Positions 39,256 through 52,289 of a DNA stretch of 64,000 bases are shown here, piece by piece. Within the stretch, counting starts at the first letter, position 1. Every line of letters starts with the position of its first letter. Source of the stretch: Eledone cirrhosa (taxonomy: Eukaryota). Under the pieces are notes generated by a model, which did not search any database, was not told the DNA's origin, and saw nothing but the letters and a program-made list of their open reading frames with translations. The stretch spans positions 166,222,001 through 166,286,000 of the forward strand of contig OZ024742.1 of NCBI GenBank assembly GCA_964016885.1, in the 5' to 3' direction. A program made the position numbers and the translations under genes.

Positions 39256-41401
39256 TCAGGGGTAGATAATTTGTAAAAAAAAATCAGGGGGAGATAATTT
39301 GTAAAAAAAAATCAGGGGGAGATAATTTCTAAAGAAATCAAGGGGAGATAATATGCAGCCGTCCAAGGGGAGATAATTTTCAGCCGTCCAAGGAGAGGTA
39401 ATTTCTAGCCGTCCAAGGGGAGATAATTTCCAGCCGTCCAAGGGGAGATAATTTCCAGCCGTCCAAGGGGAGGTAATATCTAGCCGTCCAAGGGGAGATA
39501 ATTTCCAGCCGTCCAAGGGGAGATAATTTCCAGCCGTCCAAGGGTAGATAATATCCAGCCGTCCAAGTAGACATATTTTCCAGCCGTCCAAGGAGAGGTA
39601 ATTTCTAGCCGTCCAAGGGGAGATAATTTTCAGCCGTCCAAGGGGAGATAATTTCCCGCCAGCCAAGGGAAGATAATATTTAAAAAATGAGGCGGAGATA
39701 ATTTGTAAAATAAATCAGGGGGAGATAATTTGTAAAAAAATCAGGGGGAGATAATTTGTAAAAAAAAAATCAGGGGGAGATAATTTGTAAAAAAAATCAG
39801 GGGGAGATAATTTGTAAAAAAAATCAGGGGTAGATAATTTTTAAAAAAAAATCAGGGGGAGATAATTTGTAAAAAAAATCAGGGGGAGATAATTTATAAA
39901 AAAAATCAAGGGGAGATAATTTCCAGCCGTCCAAGGGAAGATAATTTCAAGCCCTCCAAGGGGCTATAATTTCCAGTGTCCAAGGGGAGATAATTTCCAG
40001 CCAGCGAAGGGGAGATAATTTTTTTTTAAAAATCAGGGGGAGATTTGTAAAAAAAATCATGGGGAGATAATTTGTAAAAAAAATCAAAGGGAGATAATTT
40101 CCAGCCGTCCAAAGAGATAATTTCTAGCCGTCCAAGGGGAGATAATTTCGAGCCAAGGGGAGATAATTTCCAGCCGTCCAAGGGGAGATAATTTTTTAAA
40201 AAATCAGGTGGAGATAATTTGTAAAAAAAATCAGGGGGAGATAATTTGTAAAAACAAAATCAAGGGCAGATAATTTCCAGCTGTCCAAGGGGAGATAATT
40301 TCCAGCCGTGCAAGGGGAGATAATTTCCAGCCGTCCAAGGGGAGATAATTTCCATCCTTCCAAGGGGAGATAATTTCCAGCCGTCCAAGGGGAGATAATT
40401 TCCCGCCAGCCAAGGGAAGATAATTTTTTAAAAAATCAGGCGGAGATTGTAAAAAAAATCAGGGGGAGATAATTTGTAAAAAAATCAGGGGGAGATAATT
40501 TGTAAAAAAATCAAGGGGAGATAATTTCCAGCTGTCCAAGGGGAGGTAATATCTAGCCGTCCAAGGGGAGATAATTTCCAGCCGTCCAAGGGGAGATAAT
40601 TTCCAGCCGTCCAAGGGTAGATAATATCCAGCCGTCCAAGGAGACATATTTTCCAGCCGTCCAAGGAGAGGTAATTTCTAGCCGTCCAAGTGGAGATAAA
40701 TTCCAGCCTCCAAGGGGAGATAATTTCCAGCCAGCCAAGGGGAGATAATTTGTAAAAAAATCAGGGGGAGATAATTTGTAAAAAAAATCAGGGGGAGATA
40801 ATTTGTAAAAAAAAATCAGGGGGAGATAATTTGTAAAAAAAATCAGGGGGAGATAATTTGTAAAAAAAATCAAGGGGAGATAATTTCCAGCCGTCCAAGG
40901 GGAGATAATTTTCAGCCGTCCAAGGGGAGATAATTTCCCGCCAGCCAAGGGAAGATAATATTTAAAAAATGAGGCGGAGATAATTTGTAAAAAAATCAAG
41001 GGGAGATAATTTCCAGCTGTCCAAGGGGAGGTAATATCTAGCCGTCCAAGGGGAGATAATTTCCAGCCGTCCAAGGGGAGATAATTTCCAGCCGTCCAAG
41101 GGTAGATAATATCCAGCCGTCCAAGGAGACATATTTTCCAGCCGTCCAAGGAGAGGTAATTTCTAGCCGTCCAAGGGGAGATAATTTCCAGCCGTCCAAG
41201 GGGAGATAATTTAAAAAAAAATCAGGCGGAGATAATTTGTAAAAAAAATCAAGGGGAGATAATTTGCAACCGTCCAAGGGGACATAATTTTCAGTCGTCC
41301 AAGGAGAGGTAATTTCTAGCCGTACAAGGGGAGATAATTTCCAGCCGTCCAAGGGGAGATAATTTCCAGCCGTCCAAGGGGAGATAATTTTTTTTTAAAA
41401 A
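39256..41401 (+). repeat. Rearranged, truncated family II unit (~2.1 kb)
   Basis: A fused B block at 39339-39665 jumps directly to the ATGAGGCGG module of family II. A CAGCTGTCC-GGAGGTAATATC block is repeated at 485 bp spacing (~40511, ~40996). Confidence 0.75.
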
Positions 41402-44400
41402 TCAGGCGGAGATAATTTGTAAAAAAAAAATCAGGGGGAGATAATTTGTAAAAAAAAATCAGGGGGAGATAATTTGTAAAAAAAAATCAGGGGGAGATAA
41501 TTTGTAAAAAAAATCAAGGGGAGATAATTTCCAGCCGTCCAAGGGAAGATAATTTCCAGCCCTCCAAGGGGCTATGATTTCCAGCGTCCAAGGGGAGATA
41601 ATTTCCAGCCAGCGAAGGGGAGATAATTGTTTTAAAAAAATCATTGGGAGATTTGTAAAAAAAATCAGGGGGAGATAATTAATAAAAAAAATCAAGGGGA
41701 GATAATTTCCAGCCGTCCAAGGGGAGGTAATATCTAGCCGTCCAAGGGGAGATAATTTCCAGCCGTCCAAGGGGAGATAATTTCCAGCCGTCCAAGGGTA
41801 GATAATATCCAGCCGTCCAAGGAGACATATTTTCCCGCCGTCCAAGGAAAGGTAATTTCTAGCCGTCCAAGGGGAGATAAATTCCAGCCTCCAAGGGGAG
41901 ATAATTTCCAGCCAGCCAAGGGGAGATAATTTGTAAAAAAATCAGGGGGAGATAATTTGTAAAAAAAATCAGGGGTAGATAATTTGTAAAAAAAAATCAG
42001 GGGGAGATAATTTGTAAAAAAAAATCAGGGGGAGATAATTTGTAAAAAAAATCAAGGGGAGATAATTTCCAGCCGTCCAAGGAGAGATAATTTAAAAAAA
42101 AAATCAGGCGGAGATAATTTGTAAAAAAAAATCAGGGGGAGATAATTTGGAAAAAAAAATCAGGGGGAGATAATTTGTAAAAAAAATCAAGGGGAGATAA
42201 TTTCCAGCCGTCCAAGGGGAGATAATTTCCAGCCGTCCAAGGGGAGATAATTTTTAAAAAAAAATCAGGCGGAGATAATTTGTAAAAAAAATCAGGGGGA
42301 GATAATTTGTAAAAAAAAATCAGGGGGAGATAATTTGTAAAAAAAAATCAGGGGGAGATAATTTCCAGCCGTCCAAGGTAAGATAATTTCCAGCCCTCCA
42401 AGGGGCTATAATTTCCAGCCGTCCAAGGGTAGATAATATCCAGCCGTCCAAGTAGACATATTTTCCAGCCGTTCAAGGAGAGGTAATTTCTAGCCGTCCA
42501 AGGGGAGATAAATTCCAGCCTCCAAGGGGAGATAATTTCCAGCCAGCCAAGGGGAGATAATTTGTAAAAAAATCAGGGGGAGATAATTTGTAAAAAAAAT
42601 CAGGGGGAGATAATTTGTAAAAAAAAATCAGGGGGAGATAATTTGTAAAAAAAAATCAGGGGGAGATAATTTGTAAAAAAAAATCAGGGGGAGATAATTT
42701 GTAAAAAAAATCAAGGGGAGATAATTTCCAGCCGTCCAAGGGGAGATAATTTTCAGCCGTCCAAGGGGAGATAATTTCCAGCCGTCCAAGGGGAGATAAT
42801 TTCCATCCTTCCAAGGGGAGATAATTTCCAGCCGTCCAAGGGGAGATAATTTTCAGCCGTCCAAGGGGAGATAATTTCCCGCCAGCCAAGGGAAGATAAT
42901 ATTTTAAAAAATCAGGCGGAGATAATTTGTAAAAAAAATCAGGGGGAGATAATTTGTAAAAAAATCAGGGGGAGATAATTTGTAAAAAAAAAATCAGGGG
43001 GAGATAATTTGTAAAAAAAATCAGGGGGAGATAATTTGTAAAAAAAAATCAGGGGTAGATAATTTGTAAAAAAAAATCAGGGGGAGATAATTTGTAAAAA
43101 AAAATCAGGGGGAGATAATTTGTAAAAAAAATCAGGGGGAGATAATTTGTAAAAAAAAATCAGGGGGAGATAATTTCCGGCCGTCCAAGGGGAGATAATT
43201 TTCAGCCGTCCAAGGGGAGATAATTTCCCGCCAGCCAAGGGAAGATAATATTTAAAAAAATCAGGCGGAGATAATTTGTAAAAAAAATCAGAGGGAGATA
43301 ATTTGTAAAAAAATCAGGGGGAGATAATTTGTAAAAAAAATCAAGGGGAGATAATTTCCAGCCGTCCAAGGGGAGGTAATATCTAGCCGTCCAAGGGGAG
43401 ATAATTTCCAGCCGTCCAAGTGGAGATAATTTCCAGCCGTCCAAGGGTAGATAATATCCAGCCGTCCAAGGAGACATATTTTCCAGCCGTCCAAGGAGAG
43501 GTAATTTCTAGCCGTCCAAGGGGAGATAAATTCCAGCCTCCAAGGGGAGATAATTTCCAGCCAGCCAAGGGGAGATAATTTGTAAAAAAAATCAGGGGGA
43601 GATAATTTGTAAAAAAAATCAGGGGGAGATAATTTTTAAAAAAATCAGGGGGAGATAATTTGTAAAAAAAAATCAGGGGGTGATAATTTGTAAAAAAAAA
43701 TCAGGGGGAGATAATTTGTAAAAAAAATCAAGGGGAGATAATTTCCAGCCGTCGAAGGGAAGATAATTTCCAGCCCTCCAAGGGGCTATAATTTCCAGCG
43801 TCCAAGGGGAGATAATTTCCAGCCGTCCAAGGGGAGATAATTTCCAGCCGTCCAAGGGTAGATAATATCCAGCCGTCCAAGTAGACATTTTCCAGCCGTC
43901 CAAGGAGAGGTAATTTCTAGCCGTCCAAGGGGAGATAAATTCCAGCCTCCAAGGGGAGATAATTTCCAGCCAGCCAAGGGGAGATAATTTGTAAAAAAAT
44001 CAGGGGGAGATAATTTGTAAAAAAAATCAGGGGGAGATAATTTGTAAAAAAAAATCAGGGGGAGATAATTTGTAAAAACAATCAGGGGGAGATAATTTGT
44101 AAAAAAAATCAGGGGGAGATAATTTGTAAAAAAAATCAAGGGGAGATAATTTCCAGCCGTCCAAGGGGAGATAATTTTCAGCCGTCCAAGGGGAGATAAT
44201 TTCCAGCCGTCCAAGGGGAGATAATTTCCATCCTTCCAAGGGGAGATAATTTCCAGCCGTCCAAGGGGAGATAATTTTCAGCCGTCCAAGGGGAGATAAT
44301 TTCCCGCCAGCCAAGGGAAGATAATATTTTAAAAAATCAGGCGGAGATAATTTGTAAAAAAAATCAGGGGGAGATAATTTGTAAAAAAATCAGGGGGAGA

Positions 44401-47400
44401 TAATTTGTAAAAAAAAAATCAGGGGGAGATAATTTGTAAAAAAAATCAGGGGGAGATAATTTGTAAAAAAAAATCAGGGGTAGATAATTTGTAAAAAAAA
44501 ATCAGGGGGAGATAATTTGTAAAAAAAAAATCAGGGGGAGATAATTTGTAAAAAAAATCAAGGGGAGATAATTTCCAGCCGTCCAAGGAGAGATAATTTT
44601 TAAAAAAAATCAGGCGGAGATAATTTGTAAAAAAAAATCAAGGGGAGATAATTTGTAAAAAAAAATCAAGGGGAGATAATTTGTAAAAAAAATCAAGGGG
44701 AGATAATTTCCAGCCGTCCAAGGGAAGATAATTTCCAGCACTCCAAGGGGCTATAATTTCCAGTGTCCAAGGGGAGATAATTTCCAGCCAGCGAAGGGGA
44801 GATAATTTTTTTAAAAAAATCAGGGGGAGATATGTAAAAAAAATCAGAGGGAGATAATTTCTAAAAAAAATCAAAGGGAGATAATTTCCAGCCGTCCAAA
44901 GAGAGATAATTTCTAGCCGTCCAAGGGGAGATAATTTCCAGCCAAGGGGAGATAATTTCCAGCCGTCCAAGGGGAGATAATTATTTAAAAAATCAGGTGG
45001 AGATAATTTGTAAAAAAAATCAGGGGGAGATAATTTGTAAAAACAAAATCAAGGGCAGATAATTTCCAGCTGTCCAAGGGGAGATAATTTCCAGCCGTGC
45101 AAGGGGAGATAATTTCCAGCCGTCCAAGGGGAGATAATTTCCATCCTTCCAAGGGGAGATAATGTCCAGCCGTCCAAGGGGAGATAATTTCCCGCCAGCC
45201 AAGGGAAGATAATTTTTAAAAAAATCAGGCGGAGATTGTAAAAAAAATCAGGGGGAGATAATTTGTAAAAAAAAAATCAGGGGGAGATAATTTGTAAAAA
45301 AAATCAGGGGTAGATAATTTGTAAAAAAAAATCAGGGGGAGATAATTTGTAAAAAAAAATCAGGGGGAGATAATTTCTAAAAAAATCAAGGGGAGATAAT
45401 ATGCAGCCGTCCAAGGGGAGATAATTTTCAGCCGTCCAAGGAGAGGTAATTTCTAGCCGTCCAAGGGGAGATAATTTCCAGCCGTCCAAGGGGAGATAAT
45501 TTCCAGCCGTCCAAGGGGAGATAGTTTTTTTAAAAAAATCAGGCGGAGATAATTTGTAAAAAAAAAATCAGGGGGAGATAATTTGTAAAAAAAAATCAGG
45601 GGGAGATAATTTGTAAAAAAAAATCAGGGGGAGATAATTTGTAAAAAAAATCAGGGGGAGATAATTAGTAAAAAAAAATCAAGGGGAGATAATTTCCAGC
45701 CGTCCAAGGGGAGGTAATATCTAGCCGTCCAAGGGGAGATAATTTCCAGCCGTCCAAGGGGAGATAATTTCCAGCCGTCCAAGGGTAGATAATATCCAGC
45801 CGTCCAAGTAGACATATTTTCCAGCCGTCCAAGGAGAGGTAATTTCTAGCCGTCCAAGGGGAGATAAATTCCAGCCTCCAAGGGGAGATAATTTACAGCC
45901 AGCCAAGGGGAGATAATTTGTAAAAAAATCAGGGGGAGATAATTTGTAAAAAAAATCAGGGGGAGATAATTTGTAAAAAAAAATCAGGGGGAGATAATTT
46001 GTAAAAAAAATCAAGGGGAGATAATTTGTAAAAAAAAATCAGGGGGAGATAATTTGTAAAAAAAAATCAGGGGGAGATAATTTGTAAAAAAAAATCAGGG
46101 GGAGATAATTTGTAAAAAAAATCAAGGGGAGATAATTTCCAGCCGTCCAAGGAGAGATAATTTAAAAAAAAAATCAGGCGGAGATAATTTGTAAAAAAAA
46201 TCAGGGGGAGATAATTTGTAAAAAAAAATCAGGGGGAGATAATTTGTAAAAAAAAATCAGGGGGAGATAATTTCCAGCCGTCCAAGGTAAGATAATTTCC
46301 AGCCCTCCAAGGGGCTATAATTTCCAGCCGTCCAAGGGTAGATAATATCCAGCCGTCCAAGTAGACATATTTTCCAGCCGTTCAAGGAGAGGTAATTTCT
46401 AGCCGTCCAAGGGGAGATAAATTCCAGCCTCCAAGGGGAGATAATTTCCAGCCAGCCAAGGGGAGATAATTTGTAAAAAAATCAGGGGGAGATAATTTGT
46501 AAAAAAAATCAGGGGGAGATAATTTGTAAAAAAAAATCAGGGGGAGATAATTTGTAAAAAAAAATCAGGGGGAGATAATTTGTAAAAAAAAATCAGGGGG
46601 AGATAATTTGTAAAAAAAATCAAGGGGAGATAATTTCCAGCCGTCCAAGGGGAGATAATTTTCAGCCGTCCAAGGGGAGATAATTTCCAGCCGTCCAAGG
46701 GGAGATAATTTCCATCCTTCCAAGGGGAGATAATTTCCAGCCGTCCAAGGGGAGATAATTTTCAGCCGTCCAAGGGGAGATAATTTCCCGCCAGCCAAGG
46801 GAAGATAATATTTTAAAAAATCAGGCGGAGATAATTTGTAAAAAAAATCAGGGGGAGATAATTTGTAAAAAAATCAGGGGGAGATAATTTGTAAAAAAAA
46901 AATCAGGGGGAGATAATTTGTAAAAAAAATCAGGGGGAGATAATTTGTAAAAAAAAATCAGGGGTAGATAATTTGTAAAAAAAAATCAGGGGGAGATAAT
47001 TTGTAAAAAAAAATCAGGGGGAGATAATTTGTAAAAAAAATCAGGGGGAGATAATTTGTAAAAAAAAATCAGGGGGAGATAATTTCCGGCCGTCCAAGGG
47101 GAGATAATTTTCAGCCGTCCAAGGGGAGATAATTTCCCGCCAGCCAAGGGAAGATAATATTTAAAAAAATCAGGCGGAGATAATTTGTAAAAAAAATCAG
47201 GGGGAGATAATTTGTAAAAAAATCAGGGGGAGATAATTTGTAAAAAAAATCAAGGGGAGATAATTTCCAGCCGTCCAAGGGGAGGTAATATCTAGCCGTC
47301 CAAGGGGAGATAATTTCCAGCCGTCCAAGTGGAGATAATTTCCAGCCGTCCAAGGGTAGATAATATCCAGCCGTCCAAGGAGACATATTTTCCAGCCGTC

Positions 47401-50400
47401 CAAGGAGAGGTAATTTCTAGCCGTCCAAGGGGAGATAAATTCCAGCCTCCAAGGGGAGATAATTTCCAGCCAGCCAAGGGGAGATAATTTGTAAAAAAAA
47501 TCAGGGGGAGATAATTTGTAAAAAAAATCAGGGGGAGATAATTTGTAAAAAAATCAGGGGGAGATAATTTGTAAAAAAAAAATCAGGGGGCGATAATTTG
47601 TAAAAAAAATCAGGGGGAGATGATTTGTAAAAAAAAATCAGGGGTAGATAATTTGTAAAAAAAAATCAGGGGGTGATAATTTGTAAAAAAAAATCAGGGG
47701 GAGATAATTTGTAAAAAAAATCAAGGGGAGATAATTTCCAGCCGTCGAAGGGAAGATAATTTCCAGCCCTCCAAGGGGCTATAATTTCCAGCGTCCAAGG
47801 GGAGATAATTTCCAGCCGTCCAAGGGGAGATAATTTCCAGCCGTCCAAGGGTAGATAATATCCAGCCGTCCAAGTAGACATTTTCCAGCCGTCCAAGGAG
47901 AGGTAATTTCTAGCCGTCCAAGGGGAGATAAATTCCAGCCTCCAAGGGGAGATAATTTCCAGCCAGCCAAGGGGAGATAATTTGTAAAAAAATCAGGGGG
48001 AGATAATTTGTAAAAAAAATCAGGGGGAGATAATTTGTAAAAAAAAATCAGGGGGAGATAATTTGTAAAAACAATCAGGGGGAGATAATTTGTAAAAAAA
48101 ATCAGGGGGAGATAATTTGTAAAAAAAATCAAGGGGAGATAATTTCCAGCCGTCCAAGGGGAGATAATTTTCAGCCGTCCAAGGGGAGATAATTTCCAGC
48201 CGTCCAAGGGGAGATAATTTCCATCCTTCCAAGGGGAGATAATTTCCAGCCGTCCAAGGGGAGATAATTTCCCGCCAGCCAAGGGAAGATAATATTTTAA
48301 AAAATCAGGCGGAGATAATTTGTAAAAAAAATCAGGGGGAGATAATTTGTAAAAAAATCAGGGGGAGATAATTTGTAAAAAAAAAATCAGGGGGAGATAA
48401 TTTGTAAAAAAAATCAGGGGGAGTTAATTTGTAAAAAAAAATCAGGGGTAGATAATTTGTAAAAAAAAATCAGGGGGAGATAATTTGTAAAAAAAAAATC
48501 AGGGGGAGATAATTTGTAAAAAAAATCAAGGGGAGATAATTTCCAGCCGTCCAAGGAGAGATAATTTTTAAAAAAAATCAGGCGGAGATAATTTGTAAAA
48601 AAAAATCAAGGGGAGATAATTTGTAAAAAAAAATCAAGGGGAGATAATTTGTAAAAAAAATCAAGGGGAGATAATTTCCAGCCGTCCAAGGGAAGATAAT
48701 TTCCAGCACTCCAAGGGGCTATAATTTCCAGTGTCCAAGGGGAGATAATTTCCAGCCAGCGAAGGGGAGATAATTTTTTTAAAAAAATCAGGGGGAGATA
48801 TGTAAAAAAAATCAGAGGGAGATAATTTCTAAAAAAAATCAAAGGGAGATAATTTCCAGCCGTCCAAAGAGAGATAATTTCTAGCCGTCCAAGGGGAGAT
48901 AATTTCCAGCCAAGGGGAGATAATTTCCAGCCGTCCAAGGGGAGATAATTATTTAAAAAATCAGGTGGAGATAATTTGTAAAAAAAATCAGGGGGAGATA
49001 ATTTGTAAAAACAAAATCAAGGGCAGATAATTTCCAGCTGTCCAAGGGGAGATAATTTCCAGCCGTGCAAGGGGAGATAATTTCCAGCCGTCCAAGGGGA
49101 GATAATTTCCATCCTTCCAAGGGGAGATAATGTCCAGCCGTCCAAGGGGAGATAATTTCCCGCCAGCCAAGGGAAGATAATTTTTAAAAAAATCAGGCGG
49201 AGATTGTAAAAAAAATCAGGGGGAGATAATTTGTAAAAAAAAAATCAGGGGGAGATAATTTGTAAAAAAAATCAGGGGTAGATAATTTGTAAAAAAAAAT
49301 CAGGGGGAGATAATTTGTAAAAAAAAATCAGGGGGAGATAATTTCTAAAAAAATCAAGGGGAGATAATATGCAGCCGTCCAAGGGGAGATAATTTTCAGC
49401 CGTCCAAGGAGAGGTAATTTCTAGCCGTCCAAGGGGAGATAATTTCCAGCCGTCCAAGGGGAGATAATTTCCAGCCGTCCAAGGGGAGATAGTTTTTTTA
49501 AAAAAATCAGGCGGAGATAATTTGTAAAAAAAAAATCAGGGGGAGATAATTTGTAAAAAAAAATCAGGGGGAGATAATTTGTAAAAAAAAATCAGGGGGA
49601 GATAATTTGTAAAAAAAATCAGGGGGAGATAATTAGTAAAAAAAATCAAGGGGAGATAATTTCCAGCCGTCCAAGGGGAGGTAATATCTAGCCGTCCAAG
49701 GGGAGATAATTTCCAGCCGTCCAAGGGGAGATAATTTCCAGCCGTCCAAGGGTAGATAATATCCAGCCGTCCAAGTAGACATATTTTCCAGCCGTCCAAG
49801 GAGAGGTAATTTCTAGCCGTCCAAGGGGAGATAAATTCCAGCCTCCAAGGGGAGATAATTTCCAGCCAGCCAAGGGGAGATAATTTGTAAAAAAATCAGG
49901 GGGAGATAATTTGTAAAAAAAATCAGGGGGAGATAATTTGTAAAAAAAAATCAGGGGGAGATAATTTGTAAAAAAAAATCAGGGGGAGATAATTTGTAAA
50001 AAAAATCAAGGGGAGATAATTTGTAAAAAAAAATCAGGGGGAGATAATTTGTAAAAAAAAATCAGGGGGAGATAATTTGTAAAAAAAAATCAGGGGGAGA
50101 TAATTTGTAAAAAAAATCAAGGGGAGATAATTTCCAGCCGTCCAAGGAGAGATAATTTAAAAAAAAAATCAGGCGGAGATAATTTGTAAAAAAAAATCAG
50201 GGGGAGATAATTTGTAAAAAAAAATCAGGGGGAGATAATTTGTAAAAAAAATCAAGGGGAGATAATTTCCAGCCGTCCAAGGGGAGATAATTTCCAGCCG
50301 TCCAAGGGGAGATAATTTTTTTAAAAAAATCAGGCGGAGATAATTTGTAAAAAAAATCAGGGGGAGATAATTTGTAAAAAAAAATCAGGGGGAGATAATT

Positions 50401-52289
50401 TGTAAAAAAAAATAAGGGGGAGATAATTTCCAGCCGTCCAAGGTAAGATAATTTCCAGCCCTCCAAGGGGCTATAATTTCCAGCCGTCCAAGGGTAGATA
50501 ATATCCAGCCGTCCAAGTAGACATATTTTCCAGCCGTCCAAGGAGAGGTAATTTCTAGCCGTCCAAGGGGAGATAAATTCCAGCCTCCAAGGGGAGATAA
50601 TTTCCAGCCAGCCAAGGGGAGATAATTTGTAAAAAAATCAGGGGGAGATAATTTGTAAAAAAAATCAGGGGGAGATAATTTGTAAAAAAAAATCAGGGGG
50701 AGATAATTTGTAAAAAAAAATCAGGGGGAGATAATTTGTAAAAAAAAATCAGGGGGAGATAATTTGTAAAAAAAATCAAGGGGAGATAATTTCCAGCCGT
50801 CCAAGGGGAGATAATTTTCAGCCGTCCAAGGGGAGATAATTTCCAGCCGTCCAAGGGGAGATAATTTCCATCCTTCCAAGGGGAGATAATTTCCAGCCGT
50901 CCAAGGGGAGATAATTTTCAGCCGTCCAAGGGGAGATAATTTCCCGCCAGCCAAGGGAAGATAATATTTTAAAAAATCAGGCGGAGATAATTTGTAAAAA
51001 AAATCAGGGGGAGATAATTTGTAAAAAAATCAGGGGGAGATAATTTGTAAAAAAAAAATCAGGGGGAGATAATTTGTAAAAAAAATCAGGGGGAGATAAT
51101 TTGTAAAAAAAAATCAGGGGTAGATAATTTGTAAAAAAAAATCAGGGGGAGATAATTTGTAAAAAAAATCAGGGGGAGATAATTTGTAAAAAAAATCAGG
51201 GGGAGATAATTTGTAAAAAAAAATCAGGGGGAGATAATTTGTAAAAAAAAATCAGGGGTAGATAATTTGTAAAAAAAAATCAGGGGGAGATAATTTGTAA
51301 AAAAAAATCAGGGGGAGATAATTTGTAAAAAAAATCAGGGGGAGATAATTTGTAAAAAAAAATCAGGGGGAGATAATTTCCGGCCGTCCAAGGGGAGATA
51401 ATTTTCAGCCGTCCAAGGGGAGATAATTTCCCGCCAGCCAAGGGAAGATAATATTTAAAAAAATCAGGCGGAGATAATTTGTAAAAAAAATCAGGGGGAG
51501 ATAATTTGTAAAAAAATCAGGGGGAGATAATTTGTAAAAAAAATCAAGGGGAGATAATTTCCAGCCGTCCAAGGAGAGATAATTTTTAAAAAAAATCAGG
51601 CGGAGATAATTTGTAAAAAAAAATCAAGGGGAGATAATTTGTAAAAAAAAATCAAGGGGAGATAATTTGTAAAAAAAATCAAGGGGAGATAATTTCCAGC
51701 CGTCCAAGGGAAGATAATTTCCAGCACTCCAAGGGGCTATAATTTCCAGTGTCCAAGGGGAGATAATTTCCAGCCAGCGAAGGGGAGATAATTTTTTTAA
51801 AAAAATCAGGGGGAGATATGTAAAAAAAATCAGAGGGAGATAATTTCTAAAAAAAATCAAAGGGAGATAATTTCCAGCCGTCCAAAGAGAGATAATTTCT
51901 AGCCGTCCAAGGGGAGATAATTTCCAGCCAAGGGGAGATAATTTCCAGCCGTCCAAGGGGAGATAATTATTTAAAAAATCAGGTGGAGATAATTTGTAAA
52001 AAAAATCAGGGGGAGATAATTTGTAAAAACAAAATCAAGGGCAGATAATTTCCAGCTGTCCAAGGGGAGATAATTTCCAGCCGTGCAAGGGGAGATAATT
52101 TCCAGCCGTCCAAGGGGAGATAATTTCCATCCTTCCAAGGGGAGATAATGTCCAGCCGTCCAAGGGGAGATAATTTCCCGCCAGCCAAGGGAAGATAATT
52201 TTTAAAAAAATCAGGCGGAGATTGTAAAAAAAATCAGGGGGAGATAATTTGTAAAAAAAAAATCAGGGGGAGATAATTTGTAAAAAAAA
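41402..52289 (+). repeat. HOR units Ib (~3.9 kb), I-short (3968 bp) and a deleted family I unit (3018 bp)
   Basis: Markers at 41459, 45304, 49272 and 52290. Colinear with 14.3-26.6 kb at offsets 27079, then 26995, then 25718. Confidence 0.82.
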
